The translations under genes and the position numbers were made by a program. From NCBI GenBank assembly GCA_949292375.1, contig CASEZG010000009.1:4766-68765 (forward strand): a stretch of DNA of 64,000 nucleotides, in the 5' to 3' direction. The notes under the pieces are model-generated. The model saw nothing but the letters and a program-made list of their open reading frames with translations. It did not search any database and had not been told where the DNA came from. The stretch is from an uncultured Pseudomonadota bacterium. GTDB taxonomy: Bacteria > Pseudomonadota > Alphaproteobacteria > RF32 > CAG-239. Below are positions 17,291 to 27,515 of the stretch, piece after piece (the first letter of the stretch is position 1; every line of letters begins with the position of its first letter).

Positions 17291-19657
17291 ATGGCTGAAA
17301 ATTTACAAAATTCTGGTAATATTCAAGAAAGTGGTGTCGTAAGTGAGAATCCGGCAGCAGAGGGTGAGGAATATGAATATGAGTATATTGAAGTGGCTGA
17401 CGGAGAGGAATTGCCTGAAGATGCCGAATACGAATATGTGGAAGTCGTAGATGATACTGTTTTGCCAGAGGAAAATTCAGCTGTTCAGGAAAGTTTTTCT
17501 GCTGTAGAAAAAAATGAGGAGCCTATTTTGTCTGTTCCTCAAGAGCCGCAAGGAATGGCAAGCTCCGAAGATGTTGTGACGCAAGATAAAAGTGATCTTG
17601 TTGAAGAGGTTCAAATTGCTACGCCATTGTCTTCTCCAGTGCAAGAGGCAGATTTGAACGCATTGTTGGATGAAGACAGCGAGATAAAAGAAGTTGATGC
17701 GGCAACAATGTTAGATGGCGAGTATAGTGACGATTTTGCAAAAAATTTGTTTGAGAACAAACAAGAAGTGAAGGTCGAAGAAGTTTCTTTAGATGATATT
17801 TTGGGAGAAAATGCTCCGATTGCTCCGGCCGAAATTGAGAATGTTCGAGAGGTTTCTCCAGAAGAGCTTGTTGCCGGAATTAATAGAGAAGATGATGACG
17901 CCTTGCGTAATAGTATTTGGGGGGATTTGTCTGATGATGAGCCTATGGAAGTAGAAAAGGAAGTCGTTGCGGAAGAAAAAGTTTTGTATAGCGAAAGCGG
18001 AGAACCTCAACAAATTACGGAAGAGACAATAATTATGTCTCGGGAAGATGATAGTATTGTTAAACAAGTTTCTGAAACTGTTTCAGAGCCGGTTGTTGAG
18101 ACTGTGGTTGAAGAGGTTGCACCGGTGGTGGAAGTTGCTCCAGAGCCGGTTGTTGAGACTATGGTCGAAGAGGTTGCTCCGATGGCGGAAGTTGCTCCAG
18201 AGCCGGTTGTTGAGACTGTGGTTGAAGAGGTTGCGCCGGTGGCGGAAGTTGCTCCAGAGCCGGTTGTTGAGACTGTGGTTGAAGAGGTTGCGCCGGTGGC
18301 GGAAGTTGCTCCAGAACCGGTTGTTGAGTCTGTGGTTGAAGAAGTTGCACCGGTGGTGGAAGTTGCTCCTGAGCCGGTTGTTGAGACTGTGATTGAAGAG
18401 GTCGCGCCGGTGGCGGAAGTTGCTCCAGAGCCGATTGTTGAGACTGTGATTGAAGAGGTTGCGCCGGTGGCGGAAGTTGCTCCAGAGCCGGTTGTTGAGA
18501 CTATGGTTGAAGAGGTTGCGCCGATGGCAGAAGTTGCTTTAGAGCCGATTGTTGAGACTGTGATTGAAGAGGTTGCGCCGATGGCGGAAGTTGCTCCAGA
18601 ACCTGTAATGATGAGCATGTTAACGGAAGAGCCAGTTGCGGAAGTTTATGCGTCTGAAATTGATAAGTCTCAAGAGAGTAGTAATGAATTGTCTGGTGAG
18701 CAAGATCCCGCTGATTTAGATGCTGTTTCAGAGCCTACAGCAGAAGCAATTTTGGGACAAGTTTTTCAGTTGGGATACCAAGTTGTTTCTTTGACAGAGG
18801 CTCAACGTCAGGAAATGTTAACTAAAGAACATGTTATAGACAGAGCTTCTGGAATGCAGTTTTTTGAGCTGAATGGTGGGAGTTTGTTGCTTAATGTTGA
18901 TAATGCTCAGGAGCTGGATGATTGGCATTTGATTATTTTTAATCAAAATTTGGTGCCTGTTTCTGATAATAAACGTATTGAAATAGTGCAGCCGACAGAT
19001 ACCATTCGTATGGCGACAGTTGTTAAGCGCGGCGTAGAGAAATTGAATATCTACAATGAAGAAGAATATTGTTTTGAGAATCCTAAGGATGCTTTTTTAC
19101 CGGCGCAGAAGCACTTTATTTACGGAAAAACAGATGATGATACCGGATTGATTGTTAATGATTTCGTTCAGATTTCTCTACGTTCCAATATTGGTAAAAT
19201 ATTGAATTTTGAAAATACGGTGTTTGGGTGGTTGAGTGGTCCGGATAAGGCTCAGATTTATTTTGCACAGTTGGGTAAATTAGCTATTTCTTCGGAAGAA
19301 CAGATTGTTGAAGATGAAGAGAAAAAAAAGCAGCAAGCGGCAAAGTGGTTGAGCGGAGATGCGGATGATAAGTATTTCGAATTTTCAGCCACATCAGCTT
19401 CCGGCGAATTTGTTGGTGATGATGTTGTGAAGAGTGTTCATGTTGTGGTCGGAACTTCTGCTTATGGTTGGAATGTGTCTTTTGATAATGGTGTACAAAT
19501 GAGTTTGCGTGATTTACAGGAATATGAGAGCAAACACGGGTGTATGCCTTCTGCAAACGGAGAAATAAGCCATGGTTCAACTTCCCTTAAGTTTAGCAAT
19601 GTTGAAAAAATTGTGGCTTATCAGACTCCGCAGTACTTCGCTTACGGACGAAGCTAG
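17291..19657 (+). CDS. highly acidic repeat protein, 788 aa, unknown function
   Basis: AGGTGA RBS. E/D-rich N-terminal half with no signal peptide, nine 19-aa repeats (EPVVETVVEEVAPVAEVAP), then a ~330-aa non-repetitive C-terminal domain. Confidence 0.8.
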   Translation: MAENLQNSGNIQESGVVSENPAAEGEEYEYEYIEVADGEELPEDAEYEYVEVVDDTVLPEENSAVQESFSAVEKNEEPILSVPQEPQGMASSEDVVTQDKSDLVEEVQIATPLSSPVQEADLNALLDEDSEIKEVDAATMLDGEYSDDFAKNLFENKQEVKVEEVSLDDILGENAPIAPAEIENVREVSPEELVAGINREDDDALRNSIWGDLSDDEPMEVEKEVVAEEKVLYSESGEPQQITEETIIMSREDDSIVKQVSETVSEPVVETVVEEVAPVVEVAPEPVVETMVEEVAPMAEVAPEPVVETVVEEVAPVAEVAPEPVVETVVEEVAPVAEVAPEPVVESVVEEVAPVVEVAPEPVVETVIEEVAPVAEVAPEPIVETVIEEVAPVAEVAPEPVVETMVEEVAPMAEVALEPIVETVIEEVAPMAEVAPEPVMMSMLTEEPVAEVYASEIDKSQESSNELSGEQDPADLDAVSEPTAEAILGQVFQLGYQVVSLTEAQRQEMLTKEHVIDRASGMQFFELNGGSLLLNVDNAQELDDWHLIIFNQNLVPVSDNKRIEIVQPTDTIRMATVVKRGVEKLNIYNEEEYCFENPKDAFLPAQKHFIYGKTDDDTGLIVNDFVQISLRSNIGKILNFENTVFGWLSGPDKAQIYFAQLGKLAISSEEQIVEDEEKKKQQAAKWLSGDADDKYFEFSATSASGEFVGDDVVKSVHVVVGTSAYGWNVSFDNGVQMSLRDLQEYESKHGCMPSANGEISHGSTSLKFSNVEKIVAYQTPQYFAYGRS
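18086..18598 (+). repeat. in-frame tandem repeat, 9 x 57 bp
   Basis: The unit gagccggttgttgagactgtggttgaagaggttgcgccggtggcggaagttgctcca is repeated head-to-tail with only a few substitutions per copy. Confidence 0.95.
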
Positions 19658-19661
19658 CGTG

Positions 19662-20510
19662 TTATTTCTTTATCGGAAATATTTGGACGTTGCTGTTGTA
19701 GGTCGTTGAGTTCTGATTGTTAATTTGCGGGGCGTTTGCGTTTATGTATTCCTGCCCTAAAACGCCGCCTGTATTGTTGGCTTGGGTTGTGAGGTTAGGA
19801 CTTAGGGGATAAGCGTCTTTAGGAAGACGGATTATCATATAGCCGGTGCCACCACCGTAAGCCGGTCCGGAAAGTCCAACAGAATAGAAGCCGCCGATAT
19901 ATCCGTAGTCAAGATCGATGTAGTCGATAACAAACAAGGTTTTAATCATTGTTTGTCCAACAGATGTCATTTTGCACATATATCCACTGTCTTCTAGAAC
20001 AATGTTGTTTACATTCTTTACATAAAGCAGTGATTTTGCCGGCTTGCAGTCCGGAGATTGTCCGTTGTAGGTAACGTTGTAGTTTAGAACCAAATTAAGC
20101 GAGCGGTTGCCTTTTGCAATGGATACATCCGTGATGTTGACCGAATCAATGTACATATAGGCCGGGGTTATGCCAACCGTTATCGGTAAGGAAACAAAAC
20201 TTTCCGTGCAAGCGTGTGTTCCGGCATCTGCTTGGCAGACGAGTGCTTTTTGACGATTGTTGTTATCAAGCAAGTGGAGTAAGCTGTTGTAAATATATTC
20301 GCGAGACATTGACAGCTTTGCCGGTGCACATTGTTTGGTGCGGCAAACGACGACAGACGAGGGCATACGCAGAGGAGCCGGTTCTCGAACCGTTGTGCTT
20401 TGAAAAGGACTATGGAAAATATCTTGCAAGCTACGGTTCCAAAACTCACATCCGCTGAGGGAGATGGTTACGGCACTTAATAAAAGAACTCTACGAAAAA
20501 TGTTTGACAC
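19662..20510 (-). CDS. hypothetical lipoprotein
   Basis: AGAGGG RBS 9 nt before the GTG at 20510. Signal MSNIFRRVLLLSAVTISLSGC (lipobox LSGC). Several Cys residues and a Gly/Tyr-rich stretch GGFYSVGLSGPAYGGGTGY. Confidence 0.65.
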   Translation of the reverse strand: MSNIFRRVLLLSAVTISLSGCEFWNRSLQDIFHSPFQSTTVREPAPLRMPSSVVVCRTKQCAPAKLSMSREYIYNSLLHLLDNNNRQKALVCQADAGTHACTESFVSLPITVGITPAYMYIDSVNITDVSIAKGNRSLNLVLNYNVTYNGQSPDCKPAKSLLYVKNVNNIVLEDSGYMCKMTSVGQTMIKTLFVIDYIDLDYGYIGGFYSVGLSGPAYGGGTGYMIIRLPKDAYPLSPNLTTQANNTGGVLGQEYINANAPQINNQNSTTYNSNVQIFPIKK

Positions 20511-20703
20511 TTTGAGCGGCCCTCTAATCAATCTAAATTTTAAACTTTTAGCCTATCATATGATAAAGCGATTAGAATAACAAACTTTTTAATGTTTTTA
20601 TCCAAACTTTTTCACAATTTTTTGAAGGTTTTATTTTGATAAATCAGTGTTGATTAAAATTTGATAGTTTGGTATTGGTAGAAGAAAATGAAATGAGGCT
20701 GAA

Positions 20704-21165
20704 ATGCGTTTGTGGTTTTTTATTGGTGTTTTTCTTTGTGTGTCTTCGGAAGTGTTTGCTCAAAAAAGAGTTTATGCAATTGATGGTGACAGCATTAAAC
20801 TCGGAGCGCAAAATGTGCGTTTGGCTCATATTGACGCGCCGGAATATTATCAGACTTGCCGCAGAGAAGATAAAAGCAGTTATAACTGTGGCATTAAAGC
20901 AAAAGAAAAACTCGAGAGCCTTATGAAGCTTGGAGAATTAGATTGTAAAACCATTGGAAAAGATATTTATAATCGAGATATGTGTGAATGTTTTGTCGGA
21001 AATATCAATATTAATCTTGAAATGGTTAAAAGCGGTTGGGCTGTTGTGTACAGAAGTGATGAAAAAATGTATTTAGAGGCTCAAAAAGAAGCTAAACAAG
21101 CAAGATTCGGGGTGTGGCAAGGCCGATTTATGAAGCCGGAACTTTACAGAATTTTGTTTAAATAA
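20704..21165 (+). CDS. secreted thermonuclease (SNase-like) family protein
   Basis: Signal peptide MRLWFFIGVFLCVSSEVFAQ. SNase motifs IDGDSIKL..VRLAHIDAPE, YNRDMCECF, GWAVVY, ARFGVW. Confidence 0.8.
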   Translation: MRLWFFIGVFLCVSSEVFAQKRVYAIDGDSIKLGAQNVRLAHIDAPEYYQTCRREDKSSYNCGIKAKEKLESLMKLGELDCKTIGKDIYNRDMCECFVGNININLEMVKSGWAVVYRSDEKMYLEAQKEAKQARFGVWQGRFMKPELYRILFK

Positions 21166-21206
21166 AAGTTTTGCGCATTAAAGTTAACTTTTTGGACAGA
21201 TTCTTA

Positions 21207-21234
21207 TTGACAGCAGAAAAAAGTTATGTATATT
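21207..21234 (+). promoter_or_regulatory. candidate sigma70-type promoter of rplU-rpmA
   Basis: TTGACA, 16 nt spacer, TATATT, about 50 nt upstream of rplU. Confidence 0.45.
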
Positions 21235-21284
21235 GCAAACAACGATTTATGTAATGAAATAATCAAATATTTAGGTGAATTGAA

Positions 21285-21587
21285 ATGTACGCAGTAATTA
21301 AAACAGGCGGAAAGCAGTATAAAGTTGCCTCTGGTGACGTTGTTAAACTGGAAAAAATCGCCGGTGAAGAAGGTAAAGAAGTAGTTTTCAATGAAGTTTT
21401 GGCTTTGGATGATACCATTGGTACGCCGTTGGTTGCCGGTGCTTCTGTTAAGGCTACGGTTTTGAAACAGGCTCGTGATGCGAAAGTTATTGTTTTTAAG
21501 AAAAAGAGAAGACAGAATTATCGCCGTAAGAACGGTCATAGACAGAGCATCACAATTGTTAAAATTACTGATATTATCGGTAAGTAA
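21285..21587 (+). CDS. rplU: 50S ribosomal protein L21
   Basis: [14 protein letters not shown]... is the canonical L21 N-terminus. Confidence 0.97.
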   Translation: MYAVIKTGGKQYKVASGDVVKLEKIAGEEGKEVVFNEVLALDDTIGTPLVAGASVKATVLKQARDAKVIVFKKKRRQNYRRKNGHRQSITIVKITDIIGK

Positions 21588-21610
21588 TAGGTTTTTAGGA
21601 GAGTAAAGTC

Positions 21611-21865
21611 ATGGCACATAAGAAGTCAGGTGGTAGTTCGAATAACGGACGCGACTCAGAAGGCCGTCGTTTGGGTTTGAAGAAATCCGGCGGACAAGCT
21701 GTTATCCCCGGTAACATCATTATCCGTCAGCGCGGTACAAAGTATCATCCGGGCGAAAATGTCGGAATGGGTAAAGACCATACCATTTTTGCTTTGGTTG
21801 AAGGTAAAGTCGTATTTACCAAAAAAGCTGATGACAAAACTTTTGTTTCGGTTGTTGCCGAATAG
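21611..21865 (+). CDS. rpmA: 50S ribosomal protein L27
   Basis: [24 protein letters not shown]... is the canonical L27 sequence. Confidence 0.97.
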   Translation: MAHKKSGGSSNNGRDSEGRRLGLKKSGGQAVIPGNIIIRQRGTKYHPGENVGMGKDHTIFALVEGKVVFTKKADDKTFVSVVAE

Positions 21866-21889
21866 GTTTTGGCTAAAGAAGGTTTAGGC

Positions 21890-21920
21890 GGAGGGGGTGT
21901 CTTGCATCCCCTCTGTTTTT
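21890..21920 (+). terminator. rho-independent terminator
   Basis: ggaggggg..cccctc hairpin followed by T5. Confidence 0.6.
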
Positions 21921-21961
21921 GTCTTAACAGTTAGGAACCCTTGTATTTGCGCTTAAAGTAA

Positions 21962-23059
<1,098 letters not shown>

Positions 23060-23071
23060 GAGTTTTGAAGA

Positions 23072-23431
23072 TTGGCAAAAACAGCTAAAAAAATTGAAGT
23101 AAATGATGAAGAAAAGGTTTTGGACATTATTGTTAAAACCTTGGATGATAATAAGGCAGAAGATGTTGTGGTTATTGACTTGAGAGGCAAGACATCAATT
23201 GCTAACCAGATGGTGGTGGCAAGTGGTACTTCTCAGCGTCATGTGGCGTCTTTGGCGGAAAAAGTTCAGGAGAATCTGAAAGCTGCCGGATATAAGTCTA
23301 TGGCGGAAGGTGAAGAAAAAGCTGATTGGGTATTGATTGATGCTTTTGATGTGATTGTGCATATCTTTAAGCCAGAAGTCAGAGAATTTTATAGTCTTGA
23401 AAAAATGTGGCAATCAGTTAAGCCTAGATAA
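23072..23431 (+). CDS. rsfS: ribosome silencing factor RsfS
   Basis: AGGAG RBS with a TTG start. Family blocks LDDNKAEDVVVIDL, MVVASGTSQRHV, DWVLIDAFDVIVHIF. Confidence 0.9.
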   Translation: MAKTAKKIEVNDEEKVLDIIVKTLDDNKAEDVVVIDLRGKTSIANQMVVASGTSQRHVASLAEKVQENLKAAGYKSMAEGEEKADWVLIDAFDVIVHIFKPEVREFYSLEKMWQSVKPR

Positions 23432-23446
23432 GTATGAAAAACAAAC

Positions 23447-23477
23447 AAAAAGCGGTTTTTTTATAAAACCGCTTTTT
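23447..23477. terminator. bidirectional rho-independent terminator
   Basis: aaaaagcggtttt / aaaaccgcttttt between convergent rsfS and ORF 23461..23976. Confidence 0.8.
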
Positions 23478-23976
23478 GTTTGTGTATTTGTTCAGCAAAC
23501 TCAGATAGCAATAGAAATGTTTTAAAACAAATGCCGTCAAAGGTATCTGTACGGAAATAGTTTAAGTTTTTTCCTTCATACCAATGAAATTCATCATCCA
23601 GAATCAGATGGTATGTGGCATTGTATTTTTTTAGAATATTTGTGATATATTCAGTTCTGTTGTTTCTGACAGGAACAATTTCTTCTTGCGGATGAAGCTC
23701 TAGGTTATTAACCCTATAAGTATCTTTGAAGATTCTTGCTAAGTCTTCTTTGCTATAGCTTCCGGGGCTGGAACTTATGGGAATGAAATAAGCCGGAAGA
23801 CCTGCCGTGCGAGCGATGTTTGATAAAACACGAATCATTGAAGCACTGAAGGGTTCATCAAAATGATGAAATTCATCCGAAAAATTTTCTGCGTAGGTTT
23901 TTATGACGCCGTCATAATCTACAAACATGTAAAGATGTGAGTTATCCATGGCTATTGTTGATTGGGAAGAAAGCAA
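23461..23976 (-). CDS. HAD-superfamily-like small hydrolase (171 aa)
   Basis: Motif I FVDYDGVI, candidate motif II IPISSS, motif IV LILDDE. Resembles the stand-alone HAD domains seen in RNA-repair contexts. Confidence 0.5.
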   Translation of the reverse strand: MLSSQSTIAMDNSHLYMFVDYDGVIKTYAENFSDEFHHFDEPFSASMIRVLSNIARTAGLPAYFIPISSSPGSYSKEDLARIFKDTYRVNNLELHPQEEIVPVRNNRTEYITNILKKYNATYHLILDDEFHWYEGKNLNYFRTDTFDGICFKTFLLLSEFAEQIHKQKAVL

Positions 23977-24013
23977 AAATAAATTTTTGCTTTCTTCCGT
24001 TAATCAGATGGAT

Positions 24014-24598
24014 TTACATGCAAGAGCAGCTATGTAAATCTAATTTTCTTTTTTTCCAGTTTTTTATATCGACTAGGGCTGTCTGGATTTTATCTTTCGG
24101 GGCATATTGTGCCAGAAAAAATGAAAGCCCTTTATCGGTTTTAAGGAGAATGCTTTGCGGATGAATGGTTAACTCTTCAGAAATGCGATAGGTTAGGGTA
24201 ATATCCGCTTCATAGTCTTGCGTAGTATATTCTCCTACCAAGATTTCTGCCTTTTTTAAGGGAGTAGTTTGATATTGTCTGTTTAGAGCCAGATATATCT
24301 CACTAGAGCCGACAGGTGCAAAATAGCAGAAACGTTTTTTCTTCCAAAGCCAAGCCGTGCATTCTCGGCCTTGCGGATGTGTTGTTTTCATCAGGCAATG
24401 TTGAATTTGCGGTATGTAGATTTTTTTGCCGGTTAAAACCTGCAAAGCATAGGCAAATTCTTCTGCCGAGAAAAAAAGGTTTGGTCTGCTATCCTTAAAC
24501 AACAATATTCCGTTTGGCGTTTTGTCCTTAAATCTGGGATTGAGCCAGAGATAATTCCTTTCTCGGAGGAAAGATTTAATTTTTTTTATCAGTTTCAT
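24014..24598 (-). CDS. hypothetical protein (194 aa)
   Basis: ORF only, no motif. Same strand as its neighbours at close spacing. Confidence 0.55.
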   Translation of the reverse strand: MKLIKKIKSFLRERNYLWLNPRFKDKTPNGILLFKDSRPNLFFSAEEFAYALQVLTGKKIYIPQIQHCLMKTTHPQGRECTAWLWKKKRFCYFAPVGSSEIYLALNRQYQTTPLKKAEILVGEYTTQDYEADITLTYRISEELTIHPQSILLKTDKGLSFFLAQYAPKDKIQTALVDIKNWKKRKLDLHSCSCM

Positions 24599-24607
24599 AA
24601 AAATAGA

Positions 24608-24790
24608 TTATAAAGGTTTGAAATATAATACTGAAACCATTAATAAAATGGCAATAATTAAAGCAGCAAAATACCACCCGATATGGGTTGTGGGTTCTGT
24701 TTCCTTGTCATGCCATTGTGACGTCGGTTTTAAATCTTGATCTTGTACCTTGGCGTTTGGCTCAAGGTTTTGAGAATTTTTTGTTTCCAT
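24608..24790 (-). CDS. hypothetical small membrane protein (60 aa)
   Basis: Single C-terminal TM helix WYFAALIIAILLMVSVLYF. First gene of a three-gene minus-strand set. Confidence 0.45.
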   Translation of the reverse strand: METKNSQNLEPNAKVQDQDLKPTSQWHDKETEPTTHIGWYFAALIIAILLMVSVLYFKPL

Positions 24791-24937
24791 ATTTCAAATA
24801 TTTTATAAGTGAGACATAATCGTATTTAATCTAATATTTTTGCTGGCTAAATATGCGCTTGTTTTGTCTAAATGTCAATGCCGGTTGACAAATTTTGCAA
24901 GATGATTTTTACTTATAAAAGTCAGGAGAAACATAAA

Positions 24938-25378
24938 ATGAAAGCAACAATTTTAGCGATTGGCAAGTGTAAGAAAAATTCGCCGGAAGCAATGATTATT
25001 GAAGAATATATTAAGCGTTCTTCATGGGATGTGGTTGTCAAAGAAAAAGATAATGCCACCCAAGAGGAAGAAGCTAAATTTTTGCAAAATAATATTCCTT
25101 CGTCAGCCAAAGTTATTGTGCTTGATGAACGTGGCGAGAATATGAAAAGTATTGAACTTGCAGCAAAAATTGAAAATTGGATGCTGAATGGTTGTTCTGA
25201 AATCTGTTTCCTTATCGGTGGTGCTGATGGGCATTTGCCCTCAACGCGCGCCAAGGCGGATTTGTTGCTCTCTTTCGGAAAACTTACTTTACCCCATATG
25301 CTTATGCGAGCAGTTCTTGCTGAGCAAATATATCGTATTCAGACGATTATTAGTCATCATCCTTACCATCGTGAGTAA
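24938..25378 (+). CDS. rlmH: 23S rRNA (pseudouridine1915-N3)-methyltransferase RlmH
   Basis: AGGAG RBS before the ATG at 24938. SPOUT motifs VLDERGE, FLIGGADG, LSFGKLTLPH. Confidence 0.9.
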   Translation: MKATILAIGKCKKNSPEAMIIEEYIKRSSWDVVVKEKDNATQEEEAKFLQNNIPSSAKVIVLDERGENMKSIELAAKIENWMLNGCSEICFLIGGADGHLPSTRAKADLLLSFGKLTLPHMLMRAVLAEQIYRIQTIISHHPYHRE

Positions 25379-25416
25379 AAAAGTTTGTATGTTAGTTATC
25401 TAGTGCAGAAACTATT

Positions 25417-25490
25417 ATATACTTCTGTGTCTACCCTGTTTTTTTCATTCTTCAATCTTATTCTTTACCTCATTCTTTGTGCTTTTACAA
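25417..25490. repeat. intergenic repeat-family copy
   Basis: atatacttctgtgtctaccctgtttttttcattcttcaatcttattctttacctcattctttgtgcttttacaa aligns at ~75% identity with 6729-6802. Confidence 0.7.
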
Positions 25491-25582
25491 AGCCTGTATG
25501 AAGGTTTTTTAGAGCATTTTTACAAGATTTATAATAATTGTTCTAGAAATTCATCCGGTTAAGTTTTCGTAATTAAGTTATG

Positions 25583-25612
25583 AAAAGAAAGGCTACCGTT
25601 GCGGTAGCCTTT
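25583..25612 (-). terminator. rho-independent terminator of pssA
   Basis: aaaggctaccg..cggtagccttt hairpin with T-rich flanks. Confidence 0.7.
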
Positions 25613-25615
25613 CTT

Positions 25616-26401
25616 TTAGTTCTTTTCATATTCCTTTTTTTCTTTCAGGAAAACAAAAATTCCGACCGGAATGCTTAGGGCATAAAGCGCAGTCATAATA
25701 CCCAAGGTCATCCACGGTTGGCTGATGATGAAGCTGGCAAAAAGCGCAACTATCAACATCATCGGGATAAACATAAAGGTCGGTACCTTCATTTTCTTGG
25801 TGGAAATGGTTGGAATGCGGCTAACCATCAGGAAAGTTACAACCAACATTAAGCTGCTGCAAAATGCGTTGGAACGCAAAACAGTTTCCAGCTCAGGAAA
25901 GTCAAAGGTCATCATAATCGGCATAATTGCTAAAGCGGCAGCTGCCGGCGCAGGAACGCCTACAAAAAAGTGATGCCAATATTCCGGTTGAGGTTCTTCA
26001 TCAAGCATCGTGTTAAAACGAGCTAAACGCATTGCCATACCGATAGAAAACAGTAAGCAGAAAAACCAGCCGAATTTCGGAAAATCAAGCAATGTCCATT
26101 GGAACATCAGAATCGATGGAGCTACGCCGAAACTTACAAAATCTGATAGAGAATCGAGTTCTGCTCCAAATTTGGTTGAACCTTTGAGCATACGGGCAAC
26201 TCTGCCATCTAAGCCGTCAAAAAAAGCGGCTAAGAAAATGCAGATTACGGCCATAGCCCAGTTTTCGGCAATTGAATAGCGAATTGATGTAACACCTGCG
26301 CACAGAGCCAGCATTGTTACAATATTAGGTGCAATCTTTCTAAAAGGTAAGCTGGTGAGCTTTTGTCTGGAAAGTTGCAATTTTTTGTTTATCTTTTCCA
26401 T
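25616..26401 (-). CDS. pssA: CDP-diacylglycerol--serine O-phosphatidyltransferase
   Basis: CDP-alcohol transferase motif DGLDGRVAR...GAELDSLSD. Multi-pass membrane protein adjacent to psd. Confidence 0.9.
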   Translation of the reverse strand: MEKINKKLQLSRQKLTSLPFRKIAPNIVTMLALCAGVTSIRYSIAENWAMAVICIFLAAFFDGLDGRVARMLKGSTKFGAELDSLSDFVSFGVAPSILMFQWTLLDFPKFGWFFCLLFSIGMAMRLARFNTMLDEEPQPEYWHHFFVGVPAPAAAALAIMPIMMTFDFPELETVLRSNAFCSSLMLVVTFLMVSRIPTISTKKMKVPTFMFIPMMLIVALFASFIISQPWMTLGIMTALYALSIPVGIFVFLKEKKEYEKN

Positions 26402-27108
26402 TAGCGAATAATTCCTTTCATCTGCGGAGCGTTACTGTTTAGGTTGGCAATGACGGTTTCGCCGGCAACCATTGTTTGACCCAAACAAACCTGAGGTTCA
26501 ACACCTTCAGGAAGGTAAACATCTAATCTTGAGCCAAAACGGATGAGGCCGAAACGTTCTCCGGCTCTATATTCCATTCCTTCTGTTGCTTCGCATAAGA
26601 TGCGGCGAGCAATGAGACCTGCGATTTGAACAAAGCAAAGCGTTTTGCCGCCCTTGGTCTTCATGGCCAAGATTTGGCGTTCATTGTCTTTGCTGGCTTT
26701 GTCCAAAGTGGCATTTAAGAATTTGCCGGGGACGTAAACCGATTTTATGATTTTGCCTTCAGCCGGAGCGCGGTTGACATGGACATTAAACACGCTCATA
26801 AATACGCTGACGCGGGTGAACTTCGCATCACCAAGACCGAGCTCTTCCGGAGCTTTGACTTTGGTTATCATCTGAACAGTGCCATCCGCAGGTGAAACAA
26901 CAACTCCGTCTTCTTCAGGCGTTACACGTTCAGGGTCGCGAAAGAAATAGAAGCACCAGACGGTCAGGACAAGACCAATCCAGCCAAGCGGCTGCCAAAT
27001 CATTGCCAATAACGCTGTTATTGCAGCAAAAATACCAACATACTTCCATCCCTCGTTGTGGATATTCGGAAGAATGTAGCGGCGCCACGAAATGTCTATT
27101 GTTTTCAT
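26401..27108 (-). CDS. psd: phosphatidylserine decarboxylase proenzyme (short alpha-type)
   Basis: N-terminal TM. Family blocks [18 protein letters not shown], and a self-cleavage-type FGSRLD site. Confidence 0.9.
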   Translation of the reverse strand: MKTIDISWRRYILPNIHNEGWKYVGIFAAITALLAMIWQPLGWIGLVLTVWCFYFFRDPERVTPEEDGVVVSPADGTVQMITKVKAPEELGLGDAKFTRVSVFMSVFNVHVNRAPAEGKIIKSVYVPGKFLNATLDKASKDNERQILAMKTKGGKTLCFVQIAGLIARRILCEATEGMEYRAGERFGLIRFGSRLDVYLPEGVEPQVCLGQTMVAGETVIANLNSNAPQMKGIIR

Positions 27109-27319
27109 AAATTTATTCCTTATTTAGACCGCTTAACCCCTTGTCGAAACGCTGTTTCTGCCACAAGAGCAAGTTTAAGCGGTGATTGACAAACAAGCGC
27201 AAAAAGCTCTTTATTTGAAGCTTGCGCTGTGGTTAGCAAAGCATATTTTGCAAAAAAACTCAAGTTTTATGTTGCAATTATGGTTTTTTGTTTGTATAAC
27301 TCTTTTTAGTTTTTTTAAT

Positions 27320-27406
27320 GCGCCTGTGGCGGAATTGGTAGACGCTGCAGACTTAAAATCTGTTGACCGCAAGGTCGTGCCGGTTCAAGTCCGGCCTGGC
27401 GCACCA
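27320..27406 (+). tRNA. tRNA-Leu(UAA), class II, CCA encoded
   Basis: GCGCCTGTGGCGGAATTGGTAGACGC. Anticodon loop cTTAAAa. Long variable arm. T-arm GGTTCAAGTCC. Acceptor plus CCA. Confidence 0.93.
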
Positions 27407-27411
27407 TTTTG

Positions 27412-27440
27412 AAAAAAGCCTCCTTCAAGGAGGTTTTTTT
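27412..27440 (+). terminator. rho-independent terminator after tRNA-Leu
   Basis: aaaaaagcctcc ttca aggaggttttttt. Confidence 0.85.
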
Positions 27441-27461
27441 ATTGTTTGTTTTATGTTAAAC

Positions 27462-27496
27462 AAAAAACCGGCCGTTATGATAACGGTCGGTTTTTA
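27462..27496 (-). terminator. rho-independent terminator of ORF 27516..28988
   Basis: Minus strand reads aaaaaccgaccgttatcataacggccggtttttt. Confidence 0.8.
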
Positions 27497-27515
27497 TGGT
27501 TTAGAGTTTCTTTGG

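Noticed and set aside
18086-18598. Possible CRISPR array, given regularly spaced near-identical repeats.
   Set aside because: The units are contiguous (57-bp period with no unique spacers), in frame inside a long ORF, and no cas genes are present.
18007-18618. 203-aa minus-strand ORF rich in Ser/Thr/Gly (TGSGATSA repeats), plus other small ORFs (18048..18392, 18159..18350) over the repeat array.
   Set aside because: They are the antisense or off-frame shadow of the 9 x 57-bp repeat. The periodicity keeps all frames open. The plus-strand 788-aa frame has an RBS and continues far beyond the repeats.
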